Source: an uncultured Gemmatimonadaceae bacterium (GTDB lineage Bacteria; Gemmatimonadota; Gemmatimonadetes; Gemmatimonadales; Gemmatimonadaceae). From it: a DNA stretch of 64,000 nt. How positions within the stretch are numbered: the first letter of the stretch is position 1; the number at the start of each line of letters is the position of its first letter. This document shows, piece by piece, positions 10,236 to 21,349 of this stretch. Location of the stretch: assembly GCA_963790305.1 (NCBI GenBank), contig CAWBOC010000009.1, positions 448,001 to 512,000 of the forward strand, in the 5' to 3' direction. The position numbers were made by a program, and so were the translations under genes. The notes beneath the pieces were generated by a model that did not search any database, had not been told where the DNA came from, and saw only the letters and a program-made list of their open reading frames with translations.

Positions 10236-11279
10236 CTACGCCGCCACCGCGGTCTCCACCGGCTTCGGGCGCGTCTTGCGACGCCGCTCCGGGAAGTGCC
10301 GGTCGAGGAAGTGCAGCAATGCGCGCTCCTCCGGGTGATGCCGCGCAACGCCCTGCTGCGGGGCGACGCGCGCGAGTCCGCGCGCGATGGTATCCCCGGC
10401 ATCGAGGTAGCGCGCGATCACGATGGGGTGTACGTACGACTTGCGACACACGGCCGGTGTATTGCCAAGCTCGGCGGCCACCATCCGCACCGCCATGACG
10501 ACGTTGCGCTTCGCTTCGCGCTCGCTGTCCGCCGGGCCGAGCTCGGCCAATACCGTCGCGAGCCGCAGCGTACCACCCCAGGTGCGAAAATCCTTCGCCG
10601 TGTACCGAACGCCGAGGTTTTTTCGCAGGTAATGGTTGACGTCGCGGGCGTCGAGGTCGTACCACGTCTCCCGGTCACGGTATCGGAAGAGGCGGCGTCC
10701 CGGCGCTTCCAGCAGGCGGGCGACGAACGCGGCGAGCTCGGCGTCGACGACGACCTGCCTGTGCTCGATCCCACGCTTGCCACGGTACTCGAAGATCAGG
10801 CAGGGACCATCGACACGCACGTGGGACTTGTGGAGCGTCGAGATCCCGAACGTCCGGTTTTCCTTGAGATAGCGCTCACTCCCAACGCGAAAGAACCCAT
10901 CGCCGATGAGCCGCACGATTGCCGCGAGCACGTGCTCTCGGCAGAAGTCATCACGGCAGAAATCGCGATGGAGCGACTCCCGGATCCGCGGGAGATCGCG
11001 CGCGAGCGCGCGAACGCGGAAGAACTTGGCCGTCTCACTGCGCTTGATCGCGCGCTGATGGTAGCGGTATTGCTTGCGCCCTTTGGTGTCGATGCCCCAG
11101 GCCTGGATCGCCGCTCGCTCGCTGAGGGCGATGTGCACCGAGTTCCAGCCGGGCGGGATCCGGAGCGCGTCAATCCGCTCGAGCGCGCGTGCGTCCCGCA
11201 CGGCCCGCCCGTTCGGATCCCGGTACTGAAAGGTCGTGCGCTTCGAGCCGTGTCTTGTGATCCATCGCGGCATTGGCAC
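10236..11279 (-). CDS. DNA topoisomerase IB (bacterial, poxvirus-like)
   Basis: GRKQYRYH, FRVGSE, FGISTL, YRGKRG, KDFRTWGGT and LGNTPAVCRKSY (catalytic Tyr). Confidence 0.92.
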   Translation of the reverse strand: MPMPRWITRHGSKRTTFQYRDPNGRAVRDARALERIDALRIPPGWNSVHIALSERAAIQAWGIDTKGRKQYRYHQRAIKRSETAKFFRVRALARDLPRIRESLHRDFCRDDFCREHVLAAIVRLIGDGFFRVGSERYLKENRTFGISTLHKSHVRVDGPCLIFEYRGKRGIEHRQVVVDAELAAFVARLLEAPGRRLFRYRDRETWYDLDARDVNHYLRKNLGVRYTAKDFRTWGGTLRLATVLAELGPADSEREAKRNVVMAVRMVAAELGNTPAVCRKSYVHPIVIARYLDAGDTIARGLARVAPQQGVARHHPEERALLHFLDRHFPERRRKTRPKPVETAVAA

Positions 11280-11354
11280 GTTCCGGCGGAAAGCAAAAAG
11301 GGGTCCGGCACATTAGATTCTGGACGACCCCACCGTCCCTACCCGAGACGACGA

Positions 11355-12137
11355 ATGCCCTTCCAGAACATAACGTTAGACGTCAGCGACCGGGTGGCGA
11401 CGCTGACCGTGAACCGGCCTGATAAACTCAACGCCCTCAACGATTTAACTGTCAGCGAGCTTGGGCAGGCAGTGGACGAGATCCGGTCCCGCGCCGACGT
11501 GGGCGGAGCCATCCTTACCGGGGCGGGAAACAAGGCCTTCGTCGCGGGCGCCGACATCGCGGAGCTGGCCAAACAGGGCCCCAGTGAGGGGCGGGAGCGG
11601 GCCCGTCGCGGCCAGGACGTTCTCCGGCGGTTCGAGACCTCACCCAAGCCCATCATCGCCGCGATCAACGGCTTCGCCCTGGGCGGGGGCTGTGAGCTCG
11701 CCATGGCGTGTCACGTTCGCATCGCCGCTGAGGGCGCCAGGTTTGGCCAGCCAGAGGTGAAGCTCGGCATAGGACCGGGCTACGGCGGCTCCCAACGGCT
11801 TCCCCGGCTCGTCGGACAGGGCCGCGCCCTGGAGCTCATCCTCACCGCCGAGATGATCAGCGCTCAGGAGGCGTACCGAATCGGCCTCGTAAACGCCGTC
11901 GTTCCCGCAGCGGACCTGATGGCGCACGCCCACGCCATGCTCAGGAAGATGCTCGCCAACGGCCCCGTCGCGATCGCCATGTCGATCGAAGCGGTGGTGC
12001 GCGGGATGGAGCTTCCACTCGACGACGCGTTGCGCCTCGAAGCCGATCAGTTCGGCCTGCTCGCCGCCACCGAGGACATGCGCGAAGGGATGCGCGCATT
12101 CCTCGAGAAACGTCCGCCCAACTTCATCGGACGGTGA
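11355..12137 (+). CDS. Enoyl-CoA hydratase/crotonase
   Basis: ATG at 11355; NRPDKLNALN, AFVAGADI, GFALGGGCEL and GQPEVKLG motifs. Confidence 0.93.
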   Translation: MPFQNITLDVSDRVATLTVNRPDKLNALNDLTVSELGQAVDEIRSRADVGGAILTGAGNKAFVAGADIAELAKQGPSEGRERARRGQDVLRRFETSPKPIIAAINGFALGGGCELAMACHVRIAAEGARFGQPEVKLGIGPGYGGSQRLPRLVGQGRALELILTAEMISAQEAYRIGLVNAVVPAADLMAHAHAMLRKMLANGPVAIAMSIEAVVRGMELPLDDALRLEADQFGLLAATEDMREGMRAFLEKRPPNFIGR

Positions 12138-12517
12138 GGCCGCTCCGGTCGGTGTGGCTGGCGCCAGCGCTCCTCGCGTCGTTAGGCGCCTGTTACGCCG
12201 AGCGGGAGCGCCTCGACACGCCCGTCGTCGAGCTCCTGCTCGACGCCCGTGAGGTCGCCGCCGGCGATTCGATTCGCGGCACGCTCGAGGCACGGGACGC
12301 GAGTGGCATCGTGGACTGGGTGATCATTGCCCGGAGCGCGTTCGACACCGTTCGAGTATTCGGCGACGCGCCGGAGCTCGGCCACATCGCGGCGGAATTC
12401 GGCCTGCCTGTCGTCGACACGATTCCTCCCGGGACGCGAGTGGTGGTGGAAGCGATCGTCGAGGACGATCAGAATTTCGCCATCGCGCGCGCCGACACGG
12501 TCACGGTCGTCCCGTGA
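12134..12517 (+). CDS. Hypothetical lipoprotein (beta-rich)
   Basis: Signal peptide with LGAC lipobox; GTGA overlaps with both neighbours. Confidence 0.7.
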   Translation: MRPLRSVWLAPALLASLGACYAERERLDTPVVELLLDAREVAAGDSIRGTLEARDASGIVDWVIIARSAFDTVRVFGDAPELGHIAAEFGLPVVDTIPPGTRVVVEAIVEDDQNFAIARADTVTVVP

Positions 12518-13665
12518 GCGAATCGGCGACGGTCCTGACACCGCAGCGCACCTCGCGCGCACACCTGGACCGCATCACGCTGCGCGATTTTCGGAACCTG
12601 GCGCCGATGGACATCGCGCTTCCGGCGGATGGGCTCGCCCTCGTCGGGGAGAATGGCCACGGCAAGACGAACTTCCTCGAGGCGATCTATTATCTGCAGA
12701 TTCTCCGCTCCTTTCGCGGCACGCGTGACGTGGACCTCGTCCGCTTTGGCGCCCCGGGCTTTCATGTCGCCGCCACGCTAGGTGAGGTAACCGCTCGGCA
12801 GATCGCCGTGGGCTTTCAGCGGCAGACGCGACGCAAGAAGGCCATGGTCGATGGCGGGGAGCCATTGAAGCTCGCCGACGCCATCGGCGCCTTCCCGGCG
12901 GTGATCTTCTCACCGGCGGACGCCGAGCTCGTGGCGGGCGCGCCGAGCGAGCGACGCCGGTTCCTCGACGTCATGCTATCGCTGACCTCACGCCCCTACC
13001 TGTCGGCGCTGCAGCGATACCGTGCGGCATTGGCCCGGCGCAATGCGGCGCTCCGGGACGTCGCCGGTGGACGGACCGACAGCGCCATTGAGGTGTGGGA
13101 GCCGGCGCTCGCGGATGCCGGCGCCGTGCTGTGGCGGAGCCGTCGCAGCTGGGTGCGCACGCACGCCGAGGAGTTCGCCGCGTTGTGCGCCGCCATCGGC
13201 GAGCCGGGGCAGAGCGCGTTGCGGTACGTGACTCCCCTCGACTGCAGCGATGAGGAGGTGGAGCAGGTCCTGGTGGAGGCGTTCGCGCGCCGGCGCACTG
13301 TCGATGTTCAGCGCGGGATGACGCACGCGGGACCGCATCGCGACGACCTCGAGCTCACACTGGATGACCGTGATCTTCGTACCTTCGGCTCGGCGGGGCA
13401 GCAACGCACCGCGGCGATCGCGCTGCGACTGCTGGAGGCTGCGACGCTGCGCGCGGCGGCCGGAGCCGAGCCCATTGTCCTGCTCGATGATCCGTTCGCG
13501 GAGCTCGACCAGCGCCGGACGGCGAACATTCTGCAATTGCTGCAGGGTGACGGGCGCGGTCAGACGATCCTCGCCGTCCCGCGGGCGACGGACATTCCGG
13601 TCGACCTCACGCGCCTCGATCGCTGGCGCGTGCAGGATGGTCAGCTCACGCCGGGCGCACGATGA
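12514..13665 (+). CDS. recF: DNA replication/repair protein RecF
   Basis: FRNL, GENGHGKTNFLEAI, ERRRFLD, GPHRDD, SAGQQR and LLDDPFAELD motifs. Confidence 0.96.
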   Translation: MSESATVLTPQRTSRAHLDRITLRDFRNLAPMDIALPADGLALVGENGHGKTNFLEAIYYLQILRSFRGTRDVDLVRFGAPGFHVAATLGEVTARQIAVGFQRQTRRKKAMVDGGEPLKLADAIGAFPAVIFSPADAELVAGAPSERRRFLDVMLSLTSRPYLSALQRYRAALARRNAALRDVAGGRTDSAIEVWEPALADAGAVLWRSRRSWVRTHAEEFAALCAAIGEPGQSALRYVTPLDCSDEEVEQVLVEAFARRRTVDVQRGMTHAGPHRDDLELTLDDRDLRTFGSAGQQRTAAIALRLLEAATLRAAAGAEPIVLLDDPFAELDQRRTANILQLLQGDGRGQTILAVPRATDIPVDLTRLDRWRVQDGQLTPGAR

Positions 13666-13985
13666 AGGAACGCAAGGGCGTTCGAAAGAAAGATCGGCCT
13701 CGCCCGATCGGTGAGGCGATCACGAGCTTTCTCGAGCGCAGCGGAATTTCGCGTCGTGTCGAGCAGGCGTCGGTGATCCCGGAATGGCCGGAGCTGGTCG
13801 GACCGCAGATCGCGCAGGTCACGGAGCCGCTGTCGATTGCGCGCGATGGGACGCTGTTCGTTGCGGTGAAAACCAGCGCGTGGATGAACGAGCTGTCGCT
13901 GCTCGAACCCCAGCTTCTCGCGTCCATCAATGCGAAAGCCGACCGCGCGCGCGTGGCGCGGATCCGCTGGCAAATGATGCGCTAA
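13662..13985 (+). CDS. DUF721/DciA family protein
   Basis: WPELVGPQIA...GTLFVAVKTSAWMNEL pattern; conserved position between recF and gyrB. Confidence 0.85.
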   Translation: MKERKGVRKKDRPRPIGEAITSFLERSGISRRVEQASVIPEWPELVGPQIAQVTEPLSIARDGTLFVAVKTSAWMNELSLLEPQLLASINAKADRARVARIRWQMMR

Positions 13986-13989
13986 CTCC

Positions 13990-14018
13990 TTGAATGTTGG
14001 TACTTTAAGGTTTACATT
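13990..14018 (+). promoter_or_regulatory. Sigma70-type promoter of gyrB
   Basis: TTGAAT (13990-13995), 17-nt spacer, TACATT (14013-14018), in an AT-rich spacer. Confidence 0.6.
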
Positions 14019-14068
14019 TCCCTGTTCCCTCCTGCCCGCCGATTCGGTATATTTTCGGTATCCCATAG

Positions 14069-16024
<1,956 letters not shown>

Positions 16025-16026
16025 GC

Positions 16027-16080
16027 CGAACGCGGAATTCGGAATGCGGATCCTGATGATTCCGTATTCCGAATTTCGGG
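16027..16080. repeat. 7-nt-periodic hairpin at the gyrB/pdp convergent junction (possible bidirectional terminator)
   Basis: GAATTCGGAATGCGGA ... TCCGTATTCCGAATTT arms. Confidence 0.7.
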
Positions 16081-17412
16081 TCAGGTTTCGTAGGGCTCGA
16101 CTCCCGCCATGGTGACGCGGTGAGAGACGAGCGGCAGCGGCGGCTCGGCCTCCTCGGCGATCGTGATCGCCTCACGCAGCGCCGCACGGCCCGTCTCGAT
16201 CCCTGAGGGATCGCGCGCGAAGATCGTCGCGAGGGGCTCTCCTTGCTCCACCCAATCGCCGGGCTTGGCCGTTATCACGAAGCCGACCGCCGGATCGACC
16301 ACATCGTCAATGCGTTGGCGTCCGCCGCCGAGCGCCACGATGCCGCGGCCGATCGCCCGTGGCTCGACGCGCGCCACGAAGCCGCGGCGGGGCGCGTCAA
16401 ACAGCTCGCAGGCGCTCGCCTGCGGGAGTACCGAGGGATCATCGACGACGCTGCCGTTCCCCCCCTGCGCGTCGATGACCTCCCGCATCTTCTCGGCTGC
16501 GCGTCCGCTCGAGATGGCGACTTCCATGTCACGCCATGCGGCGTCGCGCGAGGCGGCGACGCCGGCGACTTGCAGCATTTCGGCGCCGAGCGCGTATGTC
16601 ACCCGCATGAGATCCGGCGGCCCTTCTCCCCGCAGCGCGTGAATGGCCTCCTCGACCTCGAGGGCGTTTCCCGACGCGCGTCCCAACGGACGGTCCATGG
16701 CGGTGACGAGCGCGACCACTGGACAGCCGTGATCGGCCCCAAGCTCGATCATGGTGCGCGCGAGGTCGAGGGCCCGCTCGAGATCGGGCATGAATGAGCC
16801 TGAACCGCGCTTCACGTCGATCACGAGACCGGTGAGGTCTTCCGCGAGCTTCTTGCTCATGATGCTCGACGCGATGAGCGGGATCGATTCCACCGTCGAC
16901 GTTGCGCTCCGCAACGCATAGAGCCTCTTGTCGGCGGGCGCGATCTCTTCCGTTTGCCCGATGAGGACGCATCCGATTCGCTCGAGCTGAACGACGGACT
17001 GGCGAATCGTGAGATCGGTGCGCATCCCCGGGATCGATTCGAGCTTGTCGAGCGTTCCCCCGGTATGACCGAGCCCGCGTCCGCTCATCATCGGCACCGC
17101 GACACCGAGCGAGGCGACCAGCGGCGCAAGCACGAGCGACACCTTGTCGCCCACGCCGCCGGTGGAGTGCTTGTCGACGCGCGGCGTCCGGAGATGCGAA
17201 AGGTCGAGGCGAAGGCCGCTCGCCATCATCGCCTCGGTGAGCGCGCCCGTCTCCGCCCGGTCGAGCCCGCGCAGGAACGCCGCCATCAGAAGGGCGGCCA
17301 TCTGGTAGTCGGGCACGTGTCCCGCCGCATAGGCAAGCACGAGCGCGCGCCACTCGCCCGGCTCGAGGCGACCCCCGTCTCGCTTACGCTCGATCAGGCG
17401 CTGCGCGAGCAT
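16081..17412 (-). CDS. pdp: Pyrimidine-nucleoside/thymidine phosphorylase
   Basis: DYQMAALLMA, DKHSTGGVGDK, SGRGLGHTGGTLDKLE and IASSIMSKK; alternative start at 17436. Confidence 0.94.
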   Translation of the reverse strand: MLAQRLIERKRDGGRLEPGEWRALVLAYAAGHVPDYQMAALLMAAFLRGLDRAETGALTEAMMASGLRLDLSHLRTPRVDKHSTGGVGDKVSLVLAPLVASLGVAVPMMSGRGLGHTGGTLDKLESIPGMRTDLTIRQSVVQLERIGCVLIGQTEEIAPADKRLYALRSATSTVESIPLIASSIMSKKLAEDLTGLVIDVKRGSGSFMPDLERALDLARTMIELGADHGCPVVALVTAMDRPLGRASGNALEVEEAIHALRGEGPPDLMRVTYALGAEMLQVAGVAASRDAAWRDMEVAISSGRAAEKMREVIDAQGGNGSVVDDPSVLPQASACELFDAPRRGFVARVEPRAIGRGIVALGGGRQRIDDVVDPAVGFVITAKPGDWVEQGEPLATIFARDPSGIETGRAALREAITIAEEAEPPLPLVSHRVTMAGVEPYET

Positions 17413-17536
17413 CCGGAAGCCTGTGGGGTATGACATTCAGCATTGTTCGCTCGTCGCATTGAGTGCTCCACCGCCGGTCGTCGTCGAATCGCCGCACCAT
17501 CGTGGCGCGCCGATACGGCCTCCGCTAGTCTCCGCC

Positions 17537-18295
17537 ATGCGCCAATTCATTCTCGTTGCATCGCTCCTTCTGCCGTGCGCGCCGCTCTCGGCGCAGTCCA
17601 GTGATCACCTCATCCGGGGCGACGAAGCGTACGCCGCGCTGCGGGCCGTAGAAGCTCTGGCGCATTACGAGGCTGCGGTGTCTCAGGACTCCGCCAGCTA
17701 CGACGCGCTCTGGAAAGCTTCCCGCTCACTCGCCGATCTGGCCGAGTACGAGCCGGACAAGACGAAACGTGCCGACATGTACGTGCGAGCCGAGCGCCTC
17801 GCTCGCCTCGCCGTCACGGTGGATCCCGACGACGCCGAGGCGCACTTTCACCTCGCGCGCGCCGTCGGCCGAGTCGCGCTATCAAAAGGGCCGAAGGATC
17901 GCGTGAAATACGGGAAGATCGTGAGAGACGAGGCGCTCGAAACACTGCGCCTCGATCCAGATCATCCTGGGGGACTTCACGTCATGGGTATGTGGCACGC
18001 CGAGGTGCGCCGGCTCCCCGGTATCGCGCGTTTTTTCGCGAAGAGCTTTCTCGGGGGGCAGATTCTGGGATCGGCGAAGTGGGATGAGGCTGTCCGGCTG
18101 CTGTCGCGTGCGGTCGAGGTCGATCCGAACCGCCTGGCTCATCACCTCGATCTCGCGCGCATCTACCGCGACATCGATCAGCTCGAGCAGGCGCGAGCGC
18201 ACTATCAGCACGTCATCGACGGGACGGCTACGGACTACAACGACGAGCACTACAAGGCCGAGGCGGAGGACGAGTTAACGAGGCTGAAGCGGTGA
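17537..18295 (+). CDS. Exported TPR-repeat protein
   Basis: ATG at 17537; signal peptide; repeated TPR-like helices (AVTVDPDDAEAHFHLA, AVEVDPNRLAHHLDLA). Confidence 0.8.
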   Translation: MRQFILVASLLLPCAPLSAQSSDHLIRGDEAYAALRAVEALAHYEAAVSQDSASYDALWKASRSLADLAEYEPDKTKRADMYVRAERLARLAVTVDPDDAEAHFHLARAVGRVALSKGPKDRVKYGKIVRDEALETLRLDPDHPGGLHVMGMWHAEVRRLPGIARFFAKSFLGGQILGSAKWDEAVRLLSRAVEVDPNRLAHHLDLARIYRDIDQLEQARAHYQHVIDGTATDYNDEHYKAEAEDELTRLKR

Positions 18296-18386
18296 TTGCG
18301 GATGCTGATTGCGGGTTGCGGGAGCCCCGGGGACCCGGAGGATAAACTCGAGCCACGGTCTTACCCGCAATCCGCAATCCGCAATC
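18294..18386. repeat. 7-nt-periodic inverted repeat at a convergent junction
   Basis: GATTGCG-like units on the left; (CCGCAAT)x3 on the right. Confidence 0.75.
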
Positions 18387-18776
18387 TCAGTCGAGAATAT
18401 CCTCCACTTTCCAGCGTCCTCGGGTCGCGGCCCGGCGGGAGCGGCGCCGCAACCGACGCAACTCGTCGCGCAGATCATCCCAGCTGGCGTCGGCTTGGCT
18501 GCCCAGGCGACGCGCCCGATTGGCGATCCGCTCGCGCGTCTCCTCCCCGCTTTGCGGCGCGAGCAAGAGCGCCACTCCCGCTCCAACGAGGGCGCCGGCG
18601 ATGACACCGAGGCTCAGGATGCCCGCCCCGCGCCAATCCCGTTTCTCCTCCCAGCTCCGCCCCACCGGCTCGGCCGCCAAGGCCACCTCGTAGCCATCCT
18701 CCTCTTCGGTCGCGTACTCGGTTCGCGATCGACCTTCGGTCGTGCTGGTACGAAGAAAATCAGCAGATCGTCCCAT
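18387..18776 (-). CDS. YtxH domain-containing protein
   Basis: GALVGAGVALLLAPQSGEETRERI motif; GGAGGAG upstream of ATG 18776. Confidence 0.82.
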   Translation of the reverse strand: MGRSADFLRTSTTEGRSRTEYATEEEDGYEVALAAEPVGRSWEEKRDWRGAGILSLGVIAGALVGAGVALLLAPQSGEETRERIANRARRLGSQADASWDDLRDELRRLRRRSRRAATRGRWKVEDILD

Positions 18777-18996
18777 TTCGCGCACTCCTCCCTCTGGTAA
18801 GAATCTTGCTGGTTCTCGCGCCGATGCGCAGCGCGGGTCAGGACTTGGACACCCGAGCGATGCGGCAGCCGGTTTCCAGGCACGCCGTAGCGTATCGTGC
18901 TGGAGAACACGAGCTACCCCCAATCAACCTCGTCGTCGCCTCCCCCGCGGCTGGATCGAGGTCGCCACTACGGTCGATCTCGGTTTGAGGATTCGC

Positions 18997-19386
18997 ATGA
19001 CCGACAACTCCAAGACGGTGCTGCTGGTTGAAGACAACGAAGACAACCGCATCGTTTATTCCACCATCCTGCAACACTTCGGATATCGGGTCATGGAGGC
19101 GCTGAACGGTGAAGAGGGCATTGCGAAGGCACGCGCCGAGAAGCCCGATCTGATCCTGATGGACATTTCCATCCCGATCATCGATGGCTGGGAAGCGACC
19201 CAGGTCCTCAAGCGGGATCCGGACACCAAGCACATCCCGATCATCGCGCTTACCGCGCACGCGCTCGCGTCGGATCGCGAGAAGGCCATGGAGGTAGGGT
19301 GCGATAGCTACCTCGCCAAGCCGTGCGAGCCGAAGGCCGTGGTGAGCGAGGTGCAGAAGTTCCTCGGCAAACGCGATGGCCGCTGA
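18997..19386 (+). CDS. Single-domain response regulator (DivK/CheY-like)
   Basis: LLVEDN, LILMD, ALTAHA and LAKP motifs. Confidence 0.93.
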   Translation: MTDNSKTVLLVEDNEDNRIVYSTILQHFGYRVMEALNGEEGIAKARAEKPDLILMDISIPIIDGWEATQVLKRDPDTKHIPIIALTAHALASDREKAMEVGCDSYLAKPCEPKAVVSEVQKFLGKRDGR

Positions 19387-20386
19387 GAAGGCTCCCGTCG
19401 CACGGATTCTCATCGTTGACGATCACGAAGACAACGTAGAGGTCATCCGGGCCCGGCTCGAGGCGAGCGGCTATCAGATCGAGAGTGCTGCGGACGGCGA
19501 GGAGGCCCTGGAGCGAGTTCGCAGCTCACCCCCGGATCTGATCCTGCTCGACGTCATGATGCCCCGCATCGACGGGATGGAGGTCGCGCGCCAGATCAAG
19601 GCCGATCCGGCGCTTCCGTTCATCCCGATCATCATGCAGACCGCCCTCGACACGGTGCAGCACAAGGTCGAGGGGTTGGGCGCGGGCGCGGATGACTACG
19701 TCACCAAGCCGATCAACTTCGCCGAGCTCGAGGCGCGCGTGAAGTCCATGCTGCGCATCAAGCTGCTTCAGGACGAGCTCACGAGCGCCAACGAGCGTCT
19801 GGCGCGGGTCAACGAGGAGCTCCAACGCGTGGCGGTGACCGACGGCCTCACCGGCCTGCACAACCGCCGCAGCGTCGAGACCCTGCTGCACGAGATGTTC
19901 GAGCATTCCGTGCGCCTGCACGAGCCGCTCGCGTGCGCGATGTTCGACCTCGATCACTTCAAGTCGGTCAACGACACGTACGGGCACCAGGCCGGCGACG
20001 TGGTACTCCAGCAGCTGGCGGAGATCCTCAAGACGTCGGCGCGCGAGATCGACAAGGTCGGCCGCTACGGCGGGGAGGAGTTCATCATCCTGCTCCCGGG
20101 AACGGTGCTCGATGCCGCGGTGACGTTCGCGGAACGGACTCGTCAGCAAGTGGAGTCACATACCTTCACCTTCGAGGGCGGTTCGCTCCGACGGACGATG
20201 AGCTGTGGCGTCGCAGCCTTCCCGCATCCCCGCATCGGCCATCGCGAGGCGCTGGTGAAGGCCGCCGACGATGCGCTCTACGTCGCGAAGGGGCTCGGGC
20301 GCAACCGTGTGGTGCGCTTCGACAGCCCTGAGTTCAATCAGCATAGCGACGTCGTCGATGACCAGTACGCCAACCAGCTCCCCTGA
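19376..20386 (+). CDS. REC-GGDEF diguanylate cyclase (WspR/PleD-like)
   Basis: REC domain, DGLTGLHNRR, DLDHFKSVND, RxxD I-site (REID) and GGEEF. Confidence 0.93.
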   Translation: MAAEKAPVARILIVDDHEDNVEVIRARLEASGYQIESAADGEEALERVRSSPPDLILLDVMMPRIDGMEVARQIKADPALPFIPIIMQTALDTVQHKVEGLGAGADDYVTKPINFAELEARVKSMLRIKLLQDELTSANERLARVNEELQRVAVTDGLTGLHNRRSVETLLHEMFEHSVRLHEPLACAMFDLDHFKSVNDTYGHQAGDVVLQQLAEILKTSAREIDKVGRYGGEEFIILLPGTVLDAAVTFAERTRQQVESHTFTFEGGSLRRTMSCGVAAFPHPRIGHREALVKAADDALYVAKGLGRNRVVRFDSPEFNQHSDVVDDQYANQLP

Positions 20387-21170
20387 CCTCAAGCTCGAGT
20401 CGCCAACCGAGCGCATCCGCCGCCTGGAGCAGCGGATCAAGGAGCTGGAGCACGAGCGGGATCATCTCGTCGCCGTCGTGCAAATTCTGCAGGAGATTTC
20501 GGCGTCCCTGCACTTCACCGACGTTCTGCAGGCGATCGCGCGGAAGCTGGGTGAGACGTTCGGGCTCGACCGCTGCTCGATCTATCTCACCGGCGACTCG
20601 CAGGACGTGCGCCTCGTGGCCAGCTACGAGGATCCGACGATCCGCAATCTCATCGTCGACCTCAACCGGTACCCGGAGCTCAAGCGCGCCTTCGAGTCCG
20701 GTGAAACGGTCTTCATCCCGGACGCCACGAACGATCCCATGATGCGCAGCGCCCGCGCGGCGCTGGAGCATCGCAACGTCCGCTCGATCATCGTGGTGCC
20801 AATCCAGTGGAGAAAGACCGTCATCGGGGCGATTTTCCTGCGCACCGAGCGCGAGGCGGCGCCCTTCTCCGACCGCGACGTCCGATTCTGCCAGGTGGTG
20901 GCATCGCTGACCGCCAAGGCGCTGCGCAACGCGCACCGCTTCGAGACGCTGCTCCGGTCCGAGCAGGAGAGCGCGGTCGAGGTCGAGCGCCGGCGGTCGG
21001 AGCTCCAGCGCATCGCGCTGGTGGCTTTCCTGCGCCGCCTTCTCGATCGGTACACGAACAGCGAGGATCACATGTGGGCGGAGACGCTCCTGCCGAAGGT
21101 GGCCGACGAGGAGCTGGAGCGGCTCGTCTCGGTGGCGATGGCTGTGATCAACGAGGAGTCCAAGGGGTAG
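20358..21170 (+). CDS. GAF domain protein without a recognisable output domain
   Basis: Coiled coil, then LDRCSIYL...VFIPDA...SIIVVPI...FSDRD...ALRNA GAF pattern. Confidence 0.8.
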   Translation: MTSTPTSSPDLKLESPTERIRRLEQRIKELEHERDHLVAVVQILQEISASLHFTDVLQAIARKLGETFGLDRCSIYLTGDSQDVRLVASYEDPTIRNLIVDLNRYPELKRAFESGETVFIPDATNDPMMRSARAALEHRNVRSIIVVPIQWRKTVIGAIFLRTEREAAPFSDRDVRFCQVVASLTAKALRNAHRFETLLRSEQESAVEVERRRSELQRIALVAFLRRLLDRYTNSEDHMWAETLLPKVADEELERLVSVAMAVINEESKG

Positions 21171-21193
21171 AACGACGCGACTGGCGTATTTCG

Positions 21194-21226
21194 GGCGGCG
21201 CACCTAACGGGCGCCGCCTTTTGTTT
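21194..21226 (+). terminator. Rho-independent terminator
   Basis: GGCGGCGC-loop-GCGCCGCC followed by TTTTGTTT. Confidence 0.75.
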
Positions 21227-21349
21227 GCCTGACGACGCCATCCGTTTGCGCTCGAGCGCCTGCCTGACGACTTGCCCTCCCGGACTCGCGGCGTCATGAT
21301 GGGCTCGCACGGGCGACGGCGCCCGCCCTCCTTTCGTCAGGAGTGATCC

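Noticed and set aside
10236..11279. Tyrosine recombinase/integrase marking a mobile element
   Set aside because: The motifs are those of topoisomerase IB; there are no att sites, tRNA or cargo genes.
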